The notes below the pieces were generated by a model that was not told the DNA's origin, made no database searches, and worked only from the letters and a program-made list of their open reading frames with translations. From Fischerella sp. CENA71 (GTDB taxonomy: Bacteria; Cyanobacteriota; Cyanobacteriia; Cyanobacteriales; Nostocaceae), in NCBI GenBank assembly GCA_024239075.1, contig JANBVI010000072.1, positions 16,622 to 64,621 on the forward strand: 48,000 bases of DNA. The letters are read 5' to 3'. Positions 1 to 6,378 of this stretch are shown piece by piece; the stretch's first letter is position 1, and each line of letters begins with the position of its first letter. A program made the translations under genes and the position numbers.

Positions 1-234
1 CTGTTCTGCTTGAGAGGGGTCGATATGCCAAAGTTTACGAGCCGTTTGCAGCTGAATGTTAAGACTAGTTAACGCATTACCCAAAGAATCATGTATTTCA
101 CGAGCAATACGTTTGCGTTCTTGTACCGCAGCAAGCTCTTCAATTTCCAGAAGATACTGTCTTAGCTCTTTGTATTGCAGTAATAAATCGGTATAATGCT
201 TAGATACTACCATGGTATTAACCATCTAATTTAA
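1..234 (-). CDS. Histidine kinase, HisKA_3 (NarL-partner) type; 5' part only, runs off the window start
   Basis: Minus-strand translation from ATG at 234 (alternative ATG at 222): MVNTMVVSKHYTDLLLQYKELRQYLLEIEELAAVQERKRIAREIHDSLGNALTSLNIQLQTARKLWHIDPSQAEQ. ERKRIAREIHDSLGN is the H-box of HisKA_3 dimerisation/phosphoacceptor domains. A TAG lies immediately upstream of the 234 ATG. Absent from the ORF track because the window edge truncates it. Confidence 0.75.
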
Positions 235-520
235 TACTAACGGACTATTCAATACCACACATTGTCTTGCTTACTTGCAATATCAAACTTTAATGAGACT
301 GCTCCTTTTAAAATGAAGATCATATTCTTACCCCACAAGATTAGTTAGTTAATTTCCGGATTCCATTGCAAAATGCAGATATGAAATTACGGCTGTTTTT
401 AGAGGCTGTGTGTACTTATCTGAGGGAAATTAAGGATTTACGCGGCTATTTAAGAAATTGATATTTCTTTACAAATTTTTTGCAGGATGTATGAAACATT
501 TTTTGTTGCTCTGTGAAACC

Positions 521-540
521 AAAATACCCCTTGAGGGTAC
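521..540 (-). terminator. Weak intrinsic-terminator-like hairpin downstream of the response regulator
   Basis: Minus strand reads GTACCC-TCAAG-GGGTA followed by TTTTGGTTTC. The stem is only 5 bp (TACCC 525-529 / GGGTA 535-539). Confidence 0.25.
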
Positions 541-658
541 TATCGGCAATCTTGTTTCAACGTATTAAATAATAAATATTTGATACATCAACCCACTTCG
601 TAATTCTGGCAAAGTATTATAATTGACAGGAAAAATTTTCTTGTTAATTTCCACTGAC

Positions 659-1306
659 TTAATTGCTATATACTGAGTTAGCATAAATTGCTAATTGTGA
701 TCGATTTTTCAGGTTTAGACGATTAAGCAGGTGGGTGACATGGGTTTTAACTGTCCCTTCTGAAATATAAAGTTGCTGGGCAATTTCGCGATTCGTAGCA
801 CCAACAGCAATCAATCGTAATACATCTTGCTCGCGTTCAGTCAGGGAATCCAATTTTGGCTCTGGTAACTTTGGGCTAACAGGTTCGGAAACTTGAACTT
901 TAGCAATAATCTTTTCTAACACTCCTGGCCCCATTTGAGTGTATCCTTTATGGACAAACCGAATCGCCTGTGCTAGTTCCTCAGACGGCATATCTTTTAG
1001 TAAATAGCCCTTTGCTCCTGCTCGCATTGCGTCGGCGATGTATTCATCGTCATCAAATGTGGTTAGGACTATCACTTTAATATTGGGAAATCGCTCACAA
1101 ATAATGCCAGTGGCTACTTTACCATCCATGACAGGCATTCGCACATCCATTAACACAACATCTGGGTGTAGTGCTTCTACTTGGGCGATCGCGCTTTCGC
1201 CATTATCCGCAGTTCCTATAACTTCTAGGTCAGGCTCTAAATTTAGCATAGCCCTAATACCATCTCGAATGAGAGTCTGGTCATCTACGAGTAACAGACG
1301 AATCAT
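659..1306 (-). CDS. NarL/LuxR-family two-component response regulator (REC + LuxR-type HTH)
   Basis: MIRLLLVDDQTLIRDG...DVVLMDVRMPVMDG (receiver acidic pocket and phospho-Asp context), then C-terminal LTEREQDVLRLIAVGATNREIAQQLYISEGTVKTHVTHLLNRLNL (LuxR/GerE HTH). The start is more likely the ATG at 1306 (MIRLLL) than the track start at 1318. Confidence 0.9.
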   Translation of the reverse strand: MIRLLLVDDQTLIRDGIRAMLNLEPDLEVIGTADNGESAIAQVEALHPDVVLMDVRMPVMDGKVATGIICERFPNIKVIVLTTFDDDEYIADAMRAGAKGYLLKDMPSEELAQAIRFVHKGYTQMGPGVLEKIIAKVQVSEPVSPKLPEPKLDSLTEREQDVLRLIAVGATNREIAQQLYISEGTVKTHVTHLLNRLNLKNRSQLAIYANSVYSN

Positions 1307-1715
1307 ATAAAAGTACATCTAAAATTTTGCAAAAGTACTACCCCAGTGTAGAACTATGTCTGCGTCATGGATAGTCCAAGAAGAAGTGAATTTAAGGGTA
1401 ACTGGCGAGTGTTACTCATTAATTTTAAATCAAAAATTTGAAGAGATTGAACTTTGATCTATAAGTCTCCGACTTTAGTCGTAGGAATATTTACTCAATT
1501 AATCAACGAAAGTCCCAGTAGGTTTATCTATTTAGTTGAGTTGAGAGTATAGACGTTTTTCAGATGTTATATTCCTCGACAAAATTCTACTATGAATTCA
1601 GTTGCGAAGGCAATCAAACAGAGAAGACCAAAAAACAAATTAAATTGGTTCCAATTTTTTTGCTTTCTTCAACTACTAAACAACACACAAACAAAACACA
1701 CAATCGAGGTTAATT

Positions 1716-1934
1716 ATGTCTAATGAAATGAATAAAATCACTGAACTATCTGAACAAGAATTAGATGTTGTTGCAGGTGGTGCTATTGACAGCCAAGAAG
1801 CTGCATTTTTTCAAGCTAATCAATATAGTTTAGATTCTACTTTAGTTGTTGGTCCTCAAGGTGTTATTTCTACAACCAGCGCTGACGAATTGAATGTAGC
1901 ATCTGCTGCTATCAAAAACATTAAAGTAGGTTAA
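1716..1934 (+). CDS. Double-glycine leader peptide precursor, paralogue 1 (72 aa; bacteriocin/signal-peptide-like, Cys-free core)
   Basis: Leader MSNEMNKITELSEQELDVVAGG has the ELSxxELxxVxGG double-glycine motif cut by C39 peptidase ABC exporters. SD-like GAGG lies 8 nt upstream. The 50-aa core has no Cys. The gene sits upstream of a C39 ABC transporter. Confidence 0.85.
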   Translation: MSNEMNKITELSEQELDVVAGGAIDSQEAAFFQANQYSLDSTLVVGPQGVISTTSADELNVASAAIKNIKVG

Positions 1935-1953
1935 TAATTCTCGTCATTTCCGT

Positions 1954-2006
1954 AAGCAGAGATATTGCTCATGAATTCATTAAACAAGTGATAATTCTCT
2001 GCTTTT
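1954..2006 (+). terminator. Stem-loop plus T-run after precursor gene 1 (attenuator/stabiliser-like)
   Basis: AAGCAGAGA (1954-1962) pairs with TCTCTGCTT (1996-2004), followed by TT. The long loop contains the palindrome ATGAATTCAT. The same architecture recurs after genes 2, 3 and 4. Confidence 0.45.
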
Positions 2007-2054
2007 CTTAGATTCTCTCACAACACACAATTATTCATTACAAAGGATTCAATC

Positions 2055-2273
2055 ATGTCTAACGAAATCAACAAAGCTACTGAACTGTCTGAACAAGAAT
2101 TAGATGTTGTTGCAGGTGGTGCTATTGACAGTCAAGAAGCTGCATTTTTTAACTTGGAGAAAAATAGCCTTGACTCAGCTTTAGTTGTTGGTCCTCAAGG
2201 AACTTTATCTGCAACAAGTGCTGACGAATTGAATGTAACATCTGCTGCTTTCAAAAACGTAAAAGTAGGTTAA
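2055..2273 (+). CDS. Double-glycine leader peptide precursor, paralogue 2 (72 aa)
   Basis: MSNEINKATELSEQELDVVAGG leader. The core shares SLDSxLVVGPQG..S.TSADELN..SAA.KN.KVG with paralogue 1. SD-like AAGGA lies upstream. Confidence 0.85.
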   Translation: MSNEINKATELSEQELDVVAGGAIDSQEAAFFNLEKNSLDSALVVGPQGTLSATSADELNVTSAAFKNVKVG

Positions 2274-2292
2274 TAATTCTCGTCATTTCTGT

Positions 2293-2345
2293 AAGCAGAG
2301 GTATTGTTCATAAATTAATTAAATAAGTGATAATTCTCTGCTTTT
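2293..2345 (+). terminator. Stem-loop plus T-run after precursor gene 2
   Basis: AAGCAGAG(G) 2293-2301 pairs with (T)CTCTGCTT 2335-2343, followed by TT. Confidence 0.45.
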
Positions 2346-2384
2346 CTCGCAAACACACAATCATTAATCACAAAGGATTCAATC

Positions 2385-2606
2385 ATGTCTAACGAAATCA
2401 ACAAAGCTACTGAACTATCTGAACAAGAATTAGATGTTGTTGCAGGTGGTGCTATTGAACTTACCGAAATTGGTACTTTCCAAAAGAATGCAAATAGTCT
2501 CGATTCAGCTTTACTTGTGGGTCCCCAAGGAACTCTGTCTGCAACAAGTGCGGATGAATTGAATATTGAAGCTGCTGGTTTCAAAAATATTAAAGTAGGT
2601 CAATAA
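2385..2606 (+). CDS. Double-glycine leader peptide precursor, paralogue 3 (73 aa)
   Basis: The leader DNA is almost identical to paralogue 2. The core is AIELTEIGTFQKNANSLDSALLVGPQGTLSATSADELNIEAAGFKNIKVGQ. Confidence 0.85.
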   Translation: MSNEINKATELSEQELDVVAGGAIELTEIGTFQKNANSLDSALLVGPQGTLSATSADELNIEAAGFKNIKVGQ

Positions 2607-2622
2607 TTCTCGTCATTTTCCT

Positions 2623-2666
2623 AAGCAGAGGTATTGCTAATAAATTAATTGAAATCCTCTGCTTTT
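2623..2666 (+). terminator. Stem-loop plus T-run after precursor gene 3
   Basis: AAGCAGAGG (2623-2631) pairs with CCTCTGCTT (2656-2664), followed by TT. The right arm carries C where copies 1 and 2 have T, so the G on the left arm becomes a Watson-Crick pair. Confidence 0.5.
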
Positions 2667-2703
2667 ATCTTTACAATAAACATCACTGACTATGGGGGAA
2701 TTT

Positions 2704-2955
2704 ATGTCTGATGAGAATAACAATGCAATAGAATTATCTGATGAAGAATTAGACGAAGTATCTGGCGGTCTTAATCTATCTGGCTTGCTTAGAGATTTGA
2801 ATCAAACAAGCCTAGTAAATATAGCAAATTTCAAACAAAGTAAATTTGTCTTAGATCAGGTAAGCATTGTTAATTCAGAAGGTTCTTTCAATTCTTTACA
2901 CATTGAAATTGTTAATACAGAATCAACCGCTATCCAAAGTCTAAATCTTAGCTAA
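2704..2955 (+). CDS. Double-glycine leader peptide precursor, divergent type A (83 aa from the internal ATG)
   Basis: MSDENNNAIELSDEELDEVSGG leader followed by a 61-aa Cys-free, Asn/Ser/Leu-rich core. The track ORF starts at 2692, but GGGGGAA (2694-2700) is a good SD for the ATG at 2704, and MSDE then parallels MSNE of paralogues 1-3. Confidence 0.75.
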   Translation: MSDENNNAIELSDEELDEVSGGLNLSGLLRDLNQTSLVNIANFKQSKFVLDQVSIVNSEGSFNSLHIEIVNTESTAIQSLNLS

Positions 2956-2973
2956 ATAATTTAGATTTTACCA

Positions 2974-3017
2974 AAACAGAGAAAATAGAAATATTTAAAT
3001 TAAACTATTCTCTGTTT
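2974..3017 (+). terminator. Stem-loop after precursor gene 4
   Basis: AAACAGAGAA (2974-2983) pairs with TTCTCTGTTT (3008-3017). The stem sequence differs from copies 1-3 but the stem length and AT-rich loop architecture are the same. Confidence 0.4.
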
Positions 3018-3053
3018 ATATAAATATAAAACTTTAGAAATATGGGAAAGTTT

Positions 3054-3251
3054 ATGTCAGATGAAATTCCTAAAGGTGATCAAATTATAGAGTTGACTGA
3101 GCAGGAAATAGATGCTTTAGCAGGCGGAAAGGAAAATGCTCAATATGTCGCGAAGCAACTCAGTTTAGTTCCTAATGATTTAACACAGTCAGTTTCGCAA
3201 TCCGTGGATAAAATCTTCTCTGCTATTCCTCTCTTAGGCTTGAATTTATAG
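3054..3251 (+). CDS. Double-glycine leader peptide precursor, divergent type B (65 aa from the internal ATG)
   Basis: MSDEIPKGDQIIELTEQEIDALAGG leader followed by a 40-aa core KENAQYVAKQLSLVPNDLTQSVSQSVDKIFSAIPLLGLNL. The start context (TATGGGAAAGTTTATGTCAGATGA) is the same as for gene 4, which supports the ATG at 3054 over 3042. Confidence 0.7.
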   Translation: MSDEIPKGDQIIELTEQEIDALAGGKENAQYVAKQLSLVPNDLTQSVSQSVDKIFSAIPLLGLNL

Positions 3252-3525
3252 ATGATGTCGTCCTGAGTATGTTTTCAAGAGGAAAAAAGAGATTTTACGA
3301 ATCATCTTGAAAGAGCTGGTCTGAAGCTGGTAATACCGAATCAGGAAATGTTGTAAAGAAATATAACATTTTTGAATGGCTGCATAAATTCCTAACCTAC
3401 CTCAGATAGTTACACAAAGGTTCAAACAGAAGCAGCTCAATTTTATGCTCACATTCTGCAATGCCCCTATTTATTTCCCAGTGCTAACACTCTCACACCC
3501 TTAGAAAATATAAGAGAGTCTAATT

Positions 3526-4623
3526 ATGACAGAAGTTCTACTCAAAGAACTTAGTAATAGTGATATTGATTGGATGCTAAAGACTGGTAGAAAAGAAGAA
3601 ATTACTACGGGTCAAGTTCTCATCCGCCAAGGTGAACCTGTCAATGCTTTATATATTCTCTTAGATGGAGCATTAACAGTTTCTATATCTCAGGCTGACA
3701 ACAACCCACTAGGACGTGCGTTTGCTGCCCTAGAAGGTGGTGAAATGTCAGGGCGTGAAATCGCCAGATTATCAAGTGGTGAAATGGTAGGAGAAATTCC
3801 TTTTATAGAGTCGTACTTACCTTCTACTACTGTTAAAGCACTAAAAGATTCACAAGTTTTATCGATTCCGCAACAACAGCTAACAACAAAACTGAAACAA
3901 GATATCAGTTTTGCTGCCCATCTTTACCGAGCGAGTGCGATTCTGCTTGCAGATAGACTAGAAAAAATAGTCAATCAACTCGGTCATAGTACGTTAGTCC
4001 TCAGCCAACCTCGGCTAAGAGAAATACTATTTATTTTTGCAGAATTGCATGATAGTGATATTGATTGGTTGATTGTTGCAGGGAATGTAAACCAAATTCC
4101 CGCAGGTACTGTTCTCATTCCTAGCGGTAGGCCTGTAGAAGCGCTGCATATTCTCCTTGATGGAAAATTATCACTTTCTACCTCCGAGGACGATCGCAAT
4201 CCTTTAGCTCGTGCATTTTCTAATTTGGAAAACAATGAAACTATAGAACGCGAGTTTGCTAATTTGTCTAGAGGTGACATTGTAGGAGAAACTCCTTTTG
4301 TAGAAGCTCCCCCACCCTCTATGTCTGTAAAAGCTGCGGAGGATTCAATAGTCTTGTCGATTCCTCGCTGGCGATTAGCTGCTAAACTGCTGCATGATGT
4401 TGGTTTTGCTGCTCGTTTTTATCGCGTATTGGCAGTTCTGTTAGCAGATAAGCAACAAGCAATAGTCAGTCGCCTTGGTTACGGTAGGCTCAGTTATAGT
4501 ACGGGTCAATCGCTGGGTGAAAATATCGAATATGAAAATGAACTAGATGCCGATTTTTTAAGCCAAGTGGCGCTAGCTGGAGCTAGATTTGACTGGATGT
4601 TGAAAAGAATTAGTCGCACTTAA
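3526..4623 (+). CDS. Bacteriocin-type transport-associated protein with two cyclic-nucleotide-binding (CAP_ED-like) domains
   Basis: 365 aa with an internal duplication: (GQVLIRQGEPVNALYILLDGALTV...GEMVGEIPFIE...) and (GTVLIPSGRPVEALHILLDGKLSL...GDIVGETPFVE...). Its position directly upstream of HlyD plus two ABC genes matches the cyanobacterial bacteriocin transport cassette. Confidence 0.8.
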   Translation: MTEVLLKELSNSDIDWMLKTGRKEEITTGQVLIRQGEPVNALYILLDGALTVSISQADNNPLGRAFAALEGGEMSGREIARLSSGEMVGEIPFIESYLPSTTVKALKDSQVLSIPQQQLTTKLKQDISFAAHLYRASAILLADRLEKIVNQLGHSTLVLSQPRLREILFIFAELHDSDIDWLIVAGNVNQIPAGTVLIPSGRPVEALHILLDGKLSLSTSEDDRNPLARAFSNLENNETIEREFANLSRGDIVGETPFVEAPPPSMSVKAAEDSIVLSIPRWRLAAKLLHDVGFAARFYRVLAVLLADKQQAIVSRLGYGRLSYSTGQSLGENIEYENELDADFLSQVALAGARFDWMLKRISRT

Positions 4624-4626
4624 AAC

Positions 4627-4654
4627 TTGTCATTTGTCATTTGTCATTTGTCAT
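4627..4654. repeat. STRR-type heptamer tandem repeat (TTGTCAT x4)
   Basis: ttgtcat ttgtcat ttgtcat ttgtcat read directly, immediately after the stop at 4621-4623. Confidence 0.9.
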
Positions 4655-4737
4655 TGCTAAGAGTTTCAATTACTCACATTCTATTTATTAAGGACGACTT
4701 ACTTAAATTTTGTGAATAGTAATCAGTGAACAGTAAT

Positions 4738-4794
4738 TAACTGATAACTGATAACTGATAACTGAATAACTGGTAACTGATAATTCATAACTCA
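4738..4794. repeat. STRR-type heptamer tandem repeat (TAACTGA x4 perfect plus about 4 degenerate units)
   Basis: taactga taactga taactga taactga ataactggtaactga taattca taactca read directly, just upstream of the HlyD start. Confidence 0.9.
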
Positions 4795-4812
4795 TCACTA
4801 AATATTAAAATT

Positions 4813-6252
4813 ATGGTTACTCAAAAAAATAATCTATTTCGTAAACAAGCTTTAGATCATTCATCTTCACCTGAGCGCTTAGATCAGTTAATGCAAGTAG
4901 TTAGCCCTACTAAGTGGTTACCTTTAATTGGTCTGGGTATTTTGGTTGCATCTGGTTTGACCTGGAGTGTATTGGGTCGTATTCCGATTACAGTTGAGGG
5001 TAAAGGTGTACTTATCTTTCCTAGCAAAGTAGTCGGATTCGACTTTCCTTCTTCAGGACAATTGCAAACATTAAATGTACGTGTTGGTGACTTTGTCAAG
5101 AAAGGACAAGTGATAGGAACAATTGACCAAAACGAACTGCAAGCGCAGATTTTACAACAGCGCACCAAACTATCACAACTACAAGCACAGGATCAAGATG
5201 CTAATTCACTTCAAGATCAACGCACTCAACAGCAGATCATCACGATCGCTCAACAGCGCCAAAACTTAGAAGTACAATTACAGCAAGCTCAGGCTCTGAC
5301 TCCAATTCTTAAAAGCAAAAATTTGGGTGCGATCGATCAACAGCGACAAAACCTATCACAAAATTTGCGTGATGCTGAAACTTTGGCTCCTACTCTCAAG
5401 CAGAGACTTGAGCGACGTCAAGCGCTGAAGAGTGAAGGAGCTATTTCAGATGATGCAGTGTTGGAAGCACAACAAACCTACCTCAATAGTCTGCAAAAAA
5501 TTTCCGAACTCAAACAACAACTGAAGCAGCTCGACATCAGTCAGGTTCAAGCCCAAAAATCTTACCTAGAGAATCTCAGTCAAATTGACAACTTCAAAAC
5601 TCAATTGACAGAACTAAACGCTCAACAAAAAACTTTAGCTGAACGAAATTTCCAAACTTCAGTTACTCGCAAAAATCAGATTCAAGATTTGCAGCGTAGC
5701 ATTGCCCAACTAGAATTACAACTAAAAAACAATACTCAAGTTATCAGCAATTATACTGGACGAATTTTAGAACTTACCGTCAATCCAGGACAAAGCTTGG
5801 CTCCAGGAACTCACCTTGGCACAATAGATATTCAACAAACACCATCTACAAAATTACAAGCAGTTGTATTTGTTCCTGTTAATGACGGTAAAAAACTTCA
5901 AAAGGGAATGAAGTTACAAATTACACCATCTACAGTGGAGCGAGAACGCTTTGGTGGTATTGTTGGCAAAATCTCTGATGTTTCACCCTTTCCAATCACA
6001 AAAGCAGGTGCAGCAAAAGTCGTAGGTAATGCAGACATCGTTAACAGTTTAATAACCGCACAACCTCAGATCCAAGTCATTGCCGAACTTCAACCAGACA
6101 CCTCAACCTTCAGTGGTTACAAGTGGTCTTCTTCCAAAGGCCCAGAACAGAAAATTACTTCTGGAACAACTTCCTCTGTGCGAGTCACCGTGAAAGAAGA
6201 AGCACCAATTAGTTTTGTGTTACCGATTCTTAAGTCCATTGGTGGATCGTAG
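4813..6252 (+). CDS. HlyD-family membrane fusion protein of the bacteriocin (NHLM-type) export system
   Basis: 479 aa. N-terminus LFRKQALDHSSSPERLDQLMQVVSPTKWLPLIGLGILV (cytoplasmic tail plus a single TM), a long Gln-rich coiled coil, and a C-terminal beta-barrel/lipoyl-like region. It lies between the cNMP protein and the C39 ABC exporter. Confidence 0.85.
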   Translation: MVTQKNNLFRKQALDHSSSPERLDQLMQVVSPTKWLPLIGLGILVASGLTWSVLGRIPITVEGKGVLIFPSKVVGFDFPSSGQLQTLNVRVGDFVKKGQVIGTIDQNELQAQILQQRTKLSQLQAQDQDANSLQDQRTQQQIITIAQQRQNLEVQLQQAQALTPILKSKNLGAIDQQRQNLSQNLRDAETLAPTLKQRLERRQALKSEGAISDDAVLEAQQTYLNSLQKISELKQQLKQLDISQVQAQKSYLENLSQIDNFKTQLTELNAQQKTLAERNFQTSVTRKNQIQDLQRSIAQLELQLKNNTQVISNYTGRILELTVNPGQSLAPGTHLGTIDIQQTPSTKLQAVVFVPVNDGKKLQKGMKLQITPSTVERERFGGIVGKISDVSPFPITKAGAAKVVGNADIVNSLITAQPQIQVIAELQPDTSTFSGYKWSSSKGPEQKITSGTTSSVRVTVKEEAPISFVLPILKSIGGS

Positions 6253-6352
6253 GGATTGGGGATTGAGAGACGCGGGGACGCGGGGATAGAAGGACAAGGG
6301 GAATAACTATTGCCTATTGCCTATTGACCAATTCTCTGTTCCCTGTTCCCTC
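6253..6352. repeat. Composite short-repeat spacer: G-rich units (GGGGATT/GACGCGG/GGACAAG) then heptamers CTATTGC x3 and CTGTTCC x2
   Basis: ggattggggattgagagacgcggggacgcggggatagaaggacaagggg... ctattgc ctattgc ctattga ... ctgttcc ctgttcc. The G-rich part recurs inside the next gene (7797-7912) and after its stop (8753-8769). Confidence 0.85.
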
Positions 6353-6378
6353 TCATGAATTACTAATTATTAATAACT

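Noticed and set aside
2315-2584. 89-aa minus-strand ORF overlapping precursor gene 3
   Set aside because: It is antisense to a gene with a clear double-glycine leader that has two paralogues. The equivalent antisense frame is not open in paralogues 1 and 2.
1716-3251. Interpretation of the small peptides as lanthipeptide, cyanobactin or NHLP/Nif11 RiPP precursors, or of the periodic array as CRISPR-like
   Set aside because: The cores contain no Cys. No LanM/LanB/LanC, PatA/G, cyclodehydratase or rSAM gene is present. The leaders are about 22 aa, not the roughly 70-aa NHLP/Nif11 type. The ~330-bp period is a set of duplicated genes with SD and start codons, not repeat-spacer units.
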